A stretch of 63,545 nt of DNA, filler included, from Thraustochytrium aureum (Eukaryota), in assembly GCA_012862495.1 (NCBI GenBank). It is 8 parts of 5 records of this genome, joined end to end, with 100 filler letters (N's around TTAATTAATTAA, not from the genome) between each part and the next. Parts side by side here need not be neighbours in the genome. Positions count along the whole stretch, not along the records: positions 1 to 28,023 come from BLSG01000219.1; 7 more parts are not named here. The stretch is one strand, 5' to 3'. Position 1 is the stretch's first letter. Each line of letters opens with the position of its first letter. Made by a program: the position numbers and the translations under genes. This document shows, piece by piece, positions 1 through 11,632 of this stretch. The notes beneath the pieces are model-generated. The model did no database searches. It saw only the letters and a list, made by a program, of their open reading frames with translations, and was not told the origin of the DNA.

Positions 1-1261
1 GGCTAGGCGAGGCAAAGTGCTCGGGCCCGCCAGAGGCCGCCGCCCACGAGAACGCCGGGTGCAAAAGGCTCTTGCCGGTTCCGTTGATCTGCTTGCAAAT
101 CTCGCTCGCACCGGTCACGGTTTTGGACCAGAACAGCGTGCGGGTCGCGGCGTCATAGGCGATAAAGCGTGGGCCACACCCGCGCTTTTTAGCGCTGTGC
201 TTTATCGCCATCGTGCCTTGCTTGATCACGCGACGTTGCTCCTGGACTGCGTTGACGTGGTATATCTGCTTCATCATCCCCGCCCAATCCGACGTGGACT
301 TGCTCAGGCACTTGGCGTGCCCCTGCGTGGCTTGCAACTGCGACTCGATCCACTCGAGGTGCGTGGTCATGCGCTCGATCTCGAACTGGAGACCCGAGTG
401 CTCGGACTTGAGAATGGCGTGCTCGCGCTCCAGCCGGTACACGTGCTCGCTTTCTTCGTCCGCGCTGACGATTGTGGCGCAGTCGTCCGCCTCGGTGGCC
501 TCGTCGTCGCTCGAACCGTCGCGGGCCGCGTCGTCCGAAGACACGTACTCGTCGACGTCCTCCGCGTGCTCCGCGGCGGCGGCCTTGGCCTGCTCGAACA
601 GAGCGCGGGCCTTCTCGGCGGCAGCGGGATCAAAGTTTTCGACGTTTGCTAGGCCGGCCGGGACGCGCCGCTCGACGCTGGATTGCCGCGGCGCGGAGTT
701 TGCGCTGGTGCGGCGCGTTTGTGACTTGCGCCGGCGCTCGCCTTTTGGGCCGCTTTTGCGCCGGTTCTCGGCGCCGAGGCTCGTCTTGCGGATCTCAGCT
801 TCGATCTTTTCGAGCTGGGCAGTGAGCCGCCTCTCCTTTTTCTCTTTGGCAGAGAGCGCGCTCAAGATGAGCGTCTTGGCGCCAAGCAACGAGCTGTCAG
901 ACCCTTTGCGCTTCCGTCGGTACCCTTGGGCGGTCTTGTTTCGGCGGATGTCTTCTACTACGCTCGTGCTCTTGCGGAACTTGTCGGCTTTGGCCCGACT
1001 CTTGCTCGAGGAAGGAGACCGCGCGAGGCGCGGCGCTGCTTCTGCGGCGCTAGCAGCTGGGGCGTCGCCGACGAGTTCGCTGGCAGACGCTTTCCGCATC
1101 AGCAGCAGTTTGGAGGACCGCCGAGACGCCTTTGAGGGCTTTGGCGACCCAGCGAGTCCTGTCCATAGGTCTTTGATCGACGATACGCTGTCCTTTCGGC
1201 TGTTCATTCCGCGGGGGCCTTCATTCTCCTTCTTTGCAGCGGCATCCGAGCGGGAGCTCAT
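1..1261 (-). CDS. Coiled-coil protein with probable PH-like domain, 3'-partial (runs off window)
   Basis: Manual translation from ATG 1261 (MSSRSDAAAKKENEGPRG...). Low-complexity N-terminus, acidic stretch, heptad region (YRLERENAILKSEHSGLQFEIERM), then a PH-like segment (IKQGTMAIKHSAKKRGCGPRFIAYDAATRTLFWSK). The plus-strand ORFs here are antisense shadows. Confidence 0.55.
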   Translation of the reverse strand, partial: MSSRSDAAAKKENEGPRGMNSRKDSVSSIKDLWTGLAGSPKPSKASRRSSKLLLMRKASASELVGDAPAASAAEAAPRLARSPSSSKSRAKADKFRKSTSVVEDIRRNKTAQGYRRKRKGSDSSLLGAKTLILSALSAKEKKERRLTAQLEKIEAEIRKTSLGAENRRKSGPKGERRRKSQTRRTSANSAPRQSSVERRVPAGLANVENFDPAAAEKARALFEQAKAAAAEHAEDVDEYVSSDDAARDGSSDDEATEADDCATIVSADEESEHVYRLEREHAILKSEHSGLQFEIERMTTHLEWIESQLQATQGHAKCLSKSTSDWAGMMKQIYHVNAVQEQRRVIKQGTMAIKHSAKKRGCGPRFIAYDAATRTLFWSKTVTGASEICKQINGTGKSLLHPAFSWAAASGGPEHFASPS

Positions 1262-1421
1262 CGCTCGCTCTGGCGCCCGCACCTTTGCTTGCCGATGCCG
1301 TAACAGCTCTCGGCGTCTTCCCAGCCAGCTGGCAGTTGCGCTCTGGCGCTCGGGCTCTTTCGCGCCGTTATTCTGGGTCTCGTCCCCCAACCGCCCTTGC
1401 TGCAGTTCCGGCAAGCCAACG

Positions 1422-1458
<37 letters not shown>

Positions 1459-2592
1459 TGCTTTTTGCCGCCGCTGCTGCTGTTCGCGTTGCGGCTTTGC
1501 TGCTGGCTGAGCGCGGGTGCGCGTCCCGGGCGGTTGGGCTCTGCTCGAATGGAAACGTCTCTTTTTTGCTTTGCCAACGGGTTTTTCCGTCACCATCTTT
1601 GCATGGGGTACATACTCGTACTTACTCGGCAAGCGCACCTCGCTCCGGCGCAGGCCTCGCAGGTCTCGCAGGCTTGCTGCCGCCGTCGCCGCCGCACATT
1701 GTTGGCACGGCGGCCTCGGCCGCTGGCGGCAATGTGCGGGTGGGTGTACCACACGCATGTCCCGGACCTGCGTGTCCCAAACGTCCATCCATCCATGCCG
1801 TGCGTGCATGCATCCATGCATCCACCGCTCCGAGTCCACACGCATCCACCAGCTCACGAAGCCGGTCCACCAAGGCCGGTCCGCCAAGGCGCGCGCCACG
1901 CGGCCGCTCGCGCGCCGAACATCCCGGCCGCGGACGTGCTGTACAGCCACAAGGTGCGAGCAAGTCACGCCCGTCGCAGTTTCNGTCAACCAACATCCCA
2001 CCACCACAANNNNNNNNNNNNNNNNNNNNNNNNNNNNNNNNNNNNNNNNNNNNNNNNNNNNNNNNNNNNNNNNNNNNNNNNNNNNNNNNNNNNNNNNNNN
2101 NNNNNNNNNNNNNNNNNNNNNNNNNNNNNNNNNNNNNNNNNNNNNNNNNNNNNNNNNNNNNNNNNNNNNNNNNNNNNNNNNNNNNNNNNNNNNNNNNNNN
2201 NNNNNNNNNNNNNNNNNNNNNNNNNNNNNNNNNNNNNNNNNNNNNNNNNNNNNNNNNNNNNNNNNNNNNNNNNNNNNNNNNNNNNNNNNNNNNNNNNNNN
2301 NNNNNNNNNNNNNNNNNNNNNNNNNNNNNNNNNNNNNNNNNNNNNNNNNNNNNNNNNNNNNNNNNNNNNNNNNNNNNNNNNNNNNNNNNNNNNNNNNNNN
2401 NNNNNNNNNNNNNNNNNNNNNNNNNNNNNNNNNNNNNNNNNNNNNNNNNNNNNNNNNNNNNNNNNNNNNNNNNNNNNNNNNNNNNNNNNNNNNNNNNNNN
2501 NNNNNNNNNNNNNNNNNNNNNNNNNNNNNNNNNNNNNNNNNNNNNNNNNNNNNNNNNNNNNNNNNNNNNNNNNNNNNNNNNNNNNNNNNNNN

Positions 2593-3041
2593 GCCAGTAC
2601 GTGTTCAACCTCTTCTCGCACAACTCGGCCATCGACATGGACACCGGGTACAACGAGGAGGAGACCAAGATGATCAAGGAGACGCGCAAGATCTTTTCCG
2701 ACCCCAACATCAAGGTCACGGCCACTTGCATCCGCGTGCCCGTGCTGCGGGCCCACGCGAGTCGATCAACCTGACCCTCAAGGCGCCCCTCTCGGAGGCG
2801 GAGGCCCGCGAGGTGCTCCGCGCCGCCCCCGGCGTGCAAGTGCAGGACGACCGCGCCAAGAACAAGCACCCCGAGCCCCTTGATGCCAGCTTCAAGGACG
2901 ACTGCCTTGTTGGGCGCATCCGCCAGGACGTCTCGCAGCCCAAACCTTGGGCTTGACATGTTTGTGGCCGGCGACCAGATCCGCAAGGGCGCGGCGCTCA
3001 ACGCCATCCAGATTGCCGAGCTCCTCCTGTCGCGCCAGTAG
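2593..3041 (+). CDS. asd: Aspartate-semialdehyde dehydrogenase, C-terminal part (5' end in gap; two apparent frameshifts at ~2757 and ~2947)
   Basis: Motifs [48 protein letters not shown] and [17 protein letters not shown]; stop TAG 3039-3041. Confidence 0.92.
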
Positions 3042-3331
3042 GTGCCTCAAGAGGCAGCGGCTGCAAAGGGCCGCCCAGTCGCTCGATGAACGGCCCCGTC
3101 CATTTGCCGTCACGCGCGAGGCTCTCCCGAGGAGCGCTCGGGCGTCGTTGGTCTTTGCTCTTTCCGGGGCGTGCCAAACGGAGGCGCAACGCCCCGGTTA
3201 ATACTCAATCAACGCTAAAAAAATCTCGGATTTTTTATCCATCCACATCCAGCGAGCGGCGAGCCCATGTCCTAGTTTGAGCCGCGTCGCTCCCGCAGCC
3301 CAGCCTTCAGCGGCGCAGCTTGGACGGGGCG

Positions 3332-6064
3332 CTAGCCCCCGCCCAGAATGCGCTGCAGCGTAGCCGAGTGCGACACGACAGCATAGCCATCCACATTGAT
3401 CGCAAAGGTGGCCTCCCCCGCCGTCATCGAGCGCAGCGCAGTCGAGTAGCCAAGAATGCCTTCGAGCGGGACCGTGGCAAAGATGGTCGATCGAGAGCCC
3501 GACTCTGAGCCCTGAAAGGCCGTCGCCTCCGCCAGCACGTCCTCCACCATGCCGCGCCGCGAGCTGGTGAGATCGCCAATCACTGCTCCAATCGAACCGT
3601 CAGGGCAGCTAATCTCCATGCGTGCCTTCGGCTCAAGCAAGGCCGGGCACCCCTCAGGGTTTCGCAGGAGCCGGCGGACTGCCATCGCCGCGGCGCCTCT
3701 CAGGAGCTCTGGCGGAGAAGACGGCGCCGCAATGCAACTCTCTTCAGCGAGCTCCACCTCTATCCCCTGCACCTGAAAGCCCAGCATTGGCCCGCGCTGC
3801 AGCGCGTCCAAAATTCCCATTCGAAGCGCTCCAGCTTGCTCTTCCGACAGCGTCCAAGCTGCGGGTCCTGCCAGGGCTGAGAAATGTCACGCGCGCCTTC
3901 TTGGCCTTGCCCGAAGTGCGCACGCCGGCGCTAGCAAGGGTCCCGACGAGCGTTGTCTCGCAGTCGACCCCGGCTGGGTGGGGTCTGGCGCGCAGCACCA
4001 CTTCTGCGCGCCCAGGGGCGCCTGCTTGCTGCGAATCGGCGCCTTGCTCCTCTGCGTCGCCGGGCTCGGGCCCGGCCTCGCCCGACAAGCCTTGGCTGCC
4101 GCCCTGAGAAAACGACCCCAAGGCGGTCGTCGGGGCCGTCAGTGTCTCGCGGTACGCCACGCGGACCTTGCTGAACTCGCAGGCCACCTTAAAGTCGCGC
4201 TGCAGCTTGTGCAGGGCCACCTCGAGGTGCAATTCGCCCATGCCGGACAGCAGCAGCTGTCCGGTCTCCTCATCCTGCACCACGCTCAAGCTCGGGTCGT
4301 CGCGCGCAAGAATTACCAACGCCTCACCAAGCCGAGCTTCGTCCGAGAGGCTGTCCACCTCGATCGAGGCCGTAAACACGGGCTTCGGGATAGTAACAGG
4401 ACGCAGCGGCGCCGTGTCGGGCGAGTCGCTCAGTGTGTCACCGGTCCGCACGCCTTTGAGGCCGACCACGACCCCAATGTCTCCAGATGCAATCGATTCA
4501 ACCTGATCAAACTCGTTCGCAAACGGGCGCAAGAGCTGATTGGCTCGCTCTTTCGCGCTCTTTCGCGCCGCTGCTGCGCCGCCCCTTCCCTCTTGGGCGG
4601 CACTCAGCATCGACACGTTGTGGTACACGCCGCGCGAGCGCAGCTCGCCCGCGTAGACGCGCACGAAGACGAGCGGCCCGCGGCTAGGGTCGTGCTGAAC
4701 CTTGAACGCGAGCGCTTGAACCGGAGCGGCCTTCCCCGCGCCGGGGCCTTTTGCGGCCTCTTCGAGCGCAGCGGCCTCTTCGGGCATCAAGACCCGCTCT
4801 GCGGGGCTCGGGAGGTAGTCTACTACGGCGTCGAGGAGAGGTTGGACGCCGGTGTTCTTCAGCGCGGAGCCGCACAGCACTGGGACCGCGCCGGTCTCGC
4901 GCTGGCGCAGCGTGGCAGAGCGAATCGCTCGACGGAAGCGAGCCGGCGAAAGGAGGTCCAGCATGTCCTGGCGCGAGCTCTGCGCGTCCATGGCCTNNNN
5001 NNNNNNNNNNNNNNNNNNNNNNNNNNNNNNNNNNNNNNNNNNNNNNNNNNNNNNNNNNNNNNNNNNNNNNNNNNNNNNNNNNNNNNNNNNNNNNNNNNNN
5101 NNNNNNNNNNNNNNNNNNNNNNNNNNNNNNNNNNNNNNNNNNNNNNNNNNNNNNNNNNNNNNNNNNNNNNNNNNNNNNNNNNNNNNNNNNNNNNNNNNNN
5201 NNNNNNNNNNNNNNNNNNNNAGCTCTGCGCGTCCATGGCCTGGAGGTAATTGTCTGCGAATTCATCATCGTACGACGCGAGCCGGTCGGCGAGCTCGTCG
5301 CGCGCGTCCCACCAGGATTCGACGCGCGCATCTTGACCGAGGTCCGCCACGGGCCGGCGTTCGAACGTCTTGCTGCTTTTGTTCTGTTCCCACTGCAGGA
5401 CTTGCATGGAGATGAGGTCCACGACGCCCACAAAACTGCCCGTTGGCTCGTCAAAGAAGGGAGCTGAGTAATGAGCGCGGGTCACGCCGAACCGCGACTC
5501 GACGGAGCGCACCGCGCGCCCCGAAATCGGCGCCTTCCCGTCCATCTTGTTGATGAACGCGAGGCGCGGGACGCCGTACCTTGCGGCCTGCCGCCAGACG
5601 GTCTCGCTTTGCGCCTGCACGCCAGCAACAGCGTCGAACAACGCGACGGCTCCGTCGAGCGCGCGAACGGCGCGCTCAACCTCGACGGTAAAGTCGACGT
5701 GGCCCGGCGTGTCGATCAGGTTGATGGAGTGTGTGCCCCACACGAACGAGGTCGCGGCGCTATTGATCGTGATGCCGCGCTCTCGCTCTTCCTCCAAATA
5801 GTCCATCACAGTGTCCCCATCGTGCACCTCGCCAACGCTCGGGACTTCGCCTGCGTAGAAAAGCATGCGCTCCGTCACAGTTGTCTTGCCAGCATCAATG
5901 TGAGCGAGGATCCCGATGTTTCGAAGGCCCGCTGCTTCGTCACGGCCTTGCGTGCTGCTCGCCGCGCTCGACGCCCAGCGCGCAGCTCGAGGCCCATTCC
6001 TCACACCTCGCAGCCTCTTCCCCGCGCCCCACACAGACGCGCGCGCCCACGCCCGCACCGCCAT
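3332..6064 (-). CDS. GFM2: Mitochondrial elongation factor G2 / ribosome-releasing factor 2 (gapped, frameshifted)
   Basis: GTPase motifs NIGILAHIDAGKTT, ERERGITI, DTPGHVDF and NKMD; also GMGELHLE and YSTALRSMTAGEATF. Arg/Ala-rich N-terminal presequence. Confidence 0.88.
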
Positions 6065-7018
6065 GTCCAAGGCAGTGCGCGATAGGCTCCACGCCCGAGC
6101 GCAGTCAATTCGCGCCAAACTAACAATCGAGCGTTCGCAATCCGAGAATCAAAACCCGCCACAACGACACAAGCACAGGACCGAAACCGAGCCCAGGCGA
6201 GCTCCCGGCTCCGCAGCAAGGCCAGCGGCACCCGAAAGCAATCGTCGTGCCAGCTCCACGACCGACGCCCCCAACCCGAGCCCCAACCCGCGACCCCCAA
6301 ACCGCGACCGCAGGGCAGGTCCTCAGCAAACCCACCTGCGCCAGAACTCAATCGGCGCGCCTTCAACACAGCCCCGACCAAACGCAGGCCCAAGAGCCGC
6401 CCCGGCTCTGGGCCAAAGCCAGCAGCGCAGCCGAAACCCAGCCGGCGCGTGCGCACGTCCTCGCGAGAACCTGCTCCTCGCGCAGCAGCGCCACCCGCGC
6501 AAAACCGAACCCAGGCCAGATCCGGCCCCGAGCGCCGGCACGCCGCGCAGGCCGCAGCCCGAAAGCGTTCGGCCCACGCGCACGAGCGAGCAGCTGCGCG
6601 CCCAGCCCCTGCCGCTCGACGCAGGCAGTGGCGCAGGTAGGTACTTGGAGTACTGCCTCTTGCCGCGCGCGTTCGAGCCGAGCGCGTCGCCGTCTGCCAC
6701 TGCAATGCATGCAAGGAAGGCGCCGCCCAAAACCGTTCCGCAAAACACCCCAGCCCAACCCTAACCCACCCGCCTCTGACCCGCTATTTATCCTACGGAG
6801 GCTTGTTTGCGTTGCGCTTGCGGATACTGCGGGGCGGAACGTTGTCTTCCCGCTGTTTTTGGTTGGTATTGCAGGTTTGCGTGAAGGGGTTTTAATAGAG
6901 GGGCGAGTTTGAAAAAAAAAGACGCGAGAAAGAGGAACATTGGGCTCTGGAGTCAAGGAGGCGAGCGAGTAACGAGCAGGAGCGAGCAGACTCGCAACGG
7001 GACGGCGGCGGCGGCGGC

Positions 7019-7053
7019 GATTGGCGATTGGCGATTGGCGATTGGCGATTGGC
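7019..7053. repeat. (GATTGGC)n heptamer microsatellite, about 5 copies
   Basis: Read directly upstream of the SLBP ATG. Confidence 0.85.
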
Positions 7054-7190
7054 TGGGCTGGGCTGATAGAGCGGCAAGGGCCTGCTTTGCAGGGCTTGCG
7101 GCGCTTGCTCGGCGAGCGAGGCCGCACTGACTGACGCGCCGGCGAACTCCGGCCGGCCAGGAACTCGGACGCCGGCACCCGGCTCCCGCG

Positions 7191-8314
7191 ATGTTGAGGT
7201 CGACGTGGGCGGAGGTTGTCGGCGAAGACGGCTTGGACGACTCGCGCGATGGACTCAACTTGATGATGCGGCAGACTCTGCAAGTGCGCGAGAGCAACGG
7301 GGAATCGGGCAAGGAGCAAGACCATGAGCAAGCGAATATGCGCTGCGCCGCTGTCGAAGAAGGCCAAGCGAACAAGGTGCGGCTGTTTGCCCACATCGGA
7401 GCCGTCAGCGCGTCGAAAAGCCCCGCGGGGCCTTCGTGGAAGTCTGCACTCCTGCGCGGCGCGGCCGACAAGCGGCGCCCTGGGCCAGCCGCAGACGGTT
7501 CGACCGCCGCCGATCCAGAGCAGGCAGAAACCACAAGGCCAACGACCAAGCCCTCCTCCTCGTCTGAAGGCCCGCCCTCCGTCACAGCGACAACAACTTC
7601 GTCGCAGTCGTCTCGCAAACGCGTCGCCTCTGAGATCACCCGAACGCCAGCAGCCGCGAGCGGCGGGACAACAACAGGCGACACGACAGCATGGAGCAAG
7701 TGCACGCCGCGGCGGCTCGACTTTTCCGCGACACCAGGCTCTAGTCGAAAGGAGTCCGCGAGACCAGCTTGTCGCGGCTCTGACGACGCGTTGGCGGACT
7801 CCCCGGCCCCAGAGGCCTTTGCGAGCAGCAGCGCTCTTTACAGCGACCTTGCAAGCGTTGGCTCCTGGGGCGACGAATGTGCCGCGCAGGCGGTCCAGAG
7901 TCTCCATCCCTGGCCAAGACGCTCGGCCAGCGTGGTGGTTTGAGCTTGGCACCGGACGAACCCGACCCCAGTGCAAAAGTAAAGCAGCCGCTCGAGGAGC
8001 TGACCGCTGAGCGCATCTCGAAGCGGCAGCGCCAGCTCGACCTCGGCAAACAAACCGCAGGGTACAAAAACTACTGCCGCCTTGTCGATCCAGCAGAGCG
8101 CGAGGGGCGGAGCTCGCGCCAGTACCCTAGGACACCGGACAAGGGAGAGAGGGTCAGCAAGAGGCTTTGGGACGCCAAGGTTCGTGCTTGGCGGCGGGGA
8201 CTGCACTTGTGGGATCCCACAGCTGAGAGCCCCGACTTTGTGCCCGACTTTCACCGCGCTGGGCAGGAGCAAGGAGCCTCCTGGAAAGGCAAGCGGCACC
8301 GCACGCGAAGCTAG
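7191..8314 (+). CDS. SLBP: Histone RNA hairpin (stem-loop)-binding protein, apparent frameshift at ~7900
   Basis: RNA-binding domain ERISKRQRQLDLGKQTAGYKNY...YPRTPDK...SKRLWDAKVRAWRRGLHLWDP in ORF 7877-8314, preceded by a disordered Ser-rich N-terminal ORF 7191-7943. Confidence 0.88.
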
Positions 8315-8451
8315 GGCCCGCGTGTGGAGCTGGCTCATGAAAGTCGCTGCTCTGACTCGCACTCTGTGGAGCAAACCGCATGCCGAGGCACGGCACGGCG
8401 CTGTTAAAATTGAAATTGAGCAAGCTCTGAAAGAAAAAACACTTTCCCCAA

Positions 8452-8545
8452 CAACCAACAAGTTGGGCAAGCGGTCGCTCGCCCGCTCGCATCCAGGGCA
8501 ACCAACAAGTTGGGCAAGCGGTCGCTCGCCCGCTCGCATCCAGGG
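8452..8545. repeat. Perfect 47-bp tandem duplication (2 copies)
   Basis: CAACCAACAAGTTGGGCAAGCGGTCGCTCGCCCGCTCGCATCCAGGG twice, between the convergent SLBP and MBL genes. Confidence 0.9.
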
Positions 8546-8610
8546 TTGCCCACTCCTGCCCGCCCTCTGCTCGCTCGAGCGCGCCCTTAGCGCTGAACCG
8601 CACAGAATGG

Positions 8611-9774
8611 CTACATATCTACCCCATCAAGCCGCACCTCCTGCCCGTCGAACGCGATCTGGACATCGAGTCCCTTGGTCTCCTTGAGCTTGGCCAATCG
8701 CGCGTTGTCCACCTCATGATCAAACATGTGCGAGACGCCAACAAGGAAGGTGCGCTCCGGCCGGATCTCCTCCAAAATCTCCAAACACTGCTCCAGGCTG
8801 ATGTGCGACACGTACGAGCGCTCTGGGTGGAGCGTGTCGATGACGAGATACTTGATGTCCCAGGACCGAAGCTGGTCCATGATGCGCGGCGTGATCTGGG
8901 ACACGTCACTGATGTAGACAAACTTGGCGTTTGACTTGCCCATGGCAAACCCCAGAGAAACGAACGTCTCGCCGTGCAGCACCGGAAAGGGTGTCACTTC
9001 CAGTCCGACAGCGTTGAAAGGGATGAGCGGCTCGTCCAGCCGCGGCGACGCGATCACGTTCCAGCGCAAGCTAGCAATAAAGGTGGTTGGCTCGGGCCCC
9101 CTCGGGCGCGCCGCCTCAAGCGCGTCGCGTTCAGGGTCGTCCACGAGCTTGCCGGCCCCAACGTACACGGGTATCGGATTGGCAAAGAACAGGTAGGGGA
9201 AGGCGGCCTTGCAGTATTTGAACGTGTTCCACGACAAGAAGATCTCGAGCGACTCGCTCAGGCGCTGCACAACGCGCAAGTCATCGAGCCCGAAGATTGC
9301 GTCCGCGTGTTCGTGCGTCAGGATCACGGCGTCGAGGTAAGGTACCCCATGGCGCGGATAGAGCCGTCGCGCAGACTCCAAGAACGTTTTACCGGCATCG
9401 AATTGGATGTACCGCGTCTTGCCGTCCTCATTGCCGTTGTACTTTATCAAAAGCCCAGGGTTGAGCCTCACGTTCTTGTTCTTTTCGGGGCCCTCCTCCA
9501 GCGCCTTTTTGCACACATCGCAGCCCCCGGGTCTCGACTCGAGCGCAAGCCCCAGCAAGCAGTTCAGGTGCGGGTTGGACGAGCTTGTCCCTGTGCCGGT
9601 GAACAGCACCGTGCTTACCGCGTCTCGTCTGCTGGCCGCGTCGCCCGTTCCTGGCGCGTTGTTGCTTTCGCACTTGGACTCTCTGCGCTGGACCGCCAGC
9701 CCGCACGCGCCGAGAAGAGCGCCGCCCAACAAGCCAGCGCCAGCCAGCGATCTGCGCGAGGCGGCCACGAACAT
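8611..9774 (-). CDS. Metallo-beta-lactamase-fold hydrolase, PhnP-like
   Basis: Motifs GTGTSS, C..C, THEHADAIFGLDDLR, VLHG, YISDVS, SH and SH at the C-terminus; N-terminal organellar-targeting-like extension. Confidence 0.88.
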   Translation of the reverse strand: MFVAASRRSLAGAGLLGGALLGACGLAVQRRESKCESNNAPGTGDAASRRDAVSTVLFTGTGTSSSNPHLNCLLGLALESRPGGCDVCKKALEEGPEKNKNVRLNPGLLIKYNGNEDGKTRYIQFDAGKTFLESARRLYPRHGVPYLDAVILTHEHADAIFGLDDLRVVQRLSESLEIFLSWNTFKYCKAAFPYLFFANPIPVYVGAGKLVDDPERDALEAARPRGPEPTTFIASLRWNVIASPRLDEPLIPFNAVGLEVTPFPVLHGETFVSLGFAMGKSNAKFVYISDVSQITPRIMDQLRSWDIKYLVIDTLHPERSYVSHISLEQCLEILEEIRPERTFLVGVSHMFDHEVDNARLAKLKETKGLDVQIAFDGQEVRLDGVDM

Positions 9775-11632
9775 CGTCGGAGAGCGATTCGCCACAGCGC
9801 GCGGCCCACACCTGGCTCTGCCTGTTCGCCTGTCACTCGCGCATGGTGTGTTCTTGAACTCTCTATTGAACTAACTTTTTATTTNNNNNNNNNNNNNNNN
9901 NNNNNNNNNNNNNNNNNNNNNNNNNNNNNNNNNNNNNNNNNNACTTTTTATTTTAATTAATTATTGAAATTCATTAGTTTACCTTGTTGGACGGCCATTT
10001 AGGTATTGAATTTAATTGGATTTCAGGAAATCTACGTTCTTGAACTCTAGGAAGCTTTCCCGGTCCACGCTTTATGTGTCTCTTGAACTTCCGGACGCTC
10101 AGGATGCTGTGCTCGTTTCTTCTTTTTGATCCTTGCGAAGTTGAGTGCAAAGAGCCGTTGGAGCGACGCGTTGGCTGGCCACCGCTCCAGCCATCTGCCA
10201 TCTGCCATCTGCCTTCATCCATCTGCTATCTGCCATTCATCCATCTGGTTGCCGATTCGCGCCGCGGCCGCAGGGTCAGTAGCTGCGCAAGCCAGGCGTC
10301 GTGAGACGCATTGGAGGCTGCGCTGGCGACGGCTGTGTAGGCGCTGCGGACATGGCCCAGGTTTCCTGTCTATGTAGTGGTTGTTCCTGATTGCTGCGAG
10401 TGCGGCGCTGGCGGTTTCGCCCCTCTTACTTTTTTGACCTCAGGGTGTCGACGGTGCGGTTGATGGCGGTGCAGCTGCCGGTTGCAGCGGGGTCGGTCTG
10501 AGCGTTGAACGCACTCTGGGTTTCGATACCTGTATTCTGAGCTCGAGCTGTCGAGTCGACCAAGGTGTCGCCACCCGGGCCCTTGAGCGACAAGCGGCAT
10601 TGTTGCTCCGATTCGCGGTTTTGAGCACGGCCGCACAAGAGCTTTACAACTGGTGTTCTGGCCTTTTGGCCTTCATGTTGACGGCTGTTTGCTCGTTCCT
10701 TTGTCGAGATACTCGGAGACAAGCCTTGGTTTCTCATCAACAAGCCGACAAAAATTTTCTTGAAAGCACTTTTCTTGCACGTTGGAAACCCTGCGCCTCG
10801 CCCGCCTGCGCAGAATGGCGGCACTCGTCGGCGTCAGCAAGGGTGATTTGCCCGTTGACCATGTGCCGGCTTGCAACTCACAGACAGCACATGCGTGGGC
10901 CCAGGGACAAACCTCTGGAGAGTGAAAATAGATGCCGGAGCGGGGAATGACTAACCTTCCCCAAACTGGCGGCGGCGATTCACACTTGAGCGTTCGAAAG
11001 GTGTCGCCCAGAACACACGGCCTTGCGCAGAAAAGCAGCTTTTAAAAATCACGTCTTCCTTGCAGTGCAGCGATGCGAGTCAAAGGAGTGTGGAGCAGCT
11101 CGGGGCGAGAAAGGCGAGTCACTTCAACTCGCCGTTCCACCGGTATTCATTCGGTTTGTATTCGAAAGGCTTTCATCCTCAACTCCTCAACCCGGATTTG
11201 GACAGAGCAGGGAAGAAAGGGCCTTGGCCGGGGCCATCAACAAGCTTTGCTGGACGGAATGGAAGGAAAACGCTCTGCAGCGCGTCTCCACAAACTGTCA
11301 AGAAAGAAAAAAGAAGACGGTTTTGCGTGGGCATGGTTTGGTGGCGAAGATGGCCTTGCCCCAACGTAATTTCAAGTACCACTTTGGCATGCTCAAACGA
11401 AAGCAGCAGTCGACAAACGGAGCCAAACTCAACTCGGTCGATTTGTGCCAGGCCGGAGGCGTTTAGCAGATACCAAACACCAGCAGGGGCGAGCTCAATC
11501 TCAGACGCAGCAAGAGACACAGGCCAAGCAGCTCGAGCGTGGTGACAAGCCCTTTGCTTTCTGGATCCACAGTCTTGCAGAAAGCAAAGCGCCGCTCGAC
11601 TCGCGACAGAGCGCCACGGTTTCTAGAACGCC

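Noticed and set aside
213..2774. Long plus-strand ORFs such as 213-2774; likewise 6363-7976 (-), 43943-45484 (+) and others
   Set aside because: Antisense shadows of real genes in high-GC DNA, or ORFs inflated by N runs.
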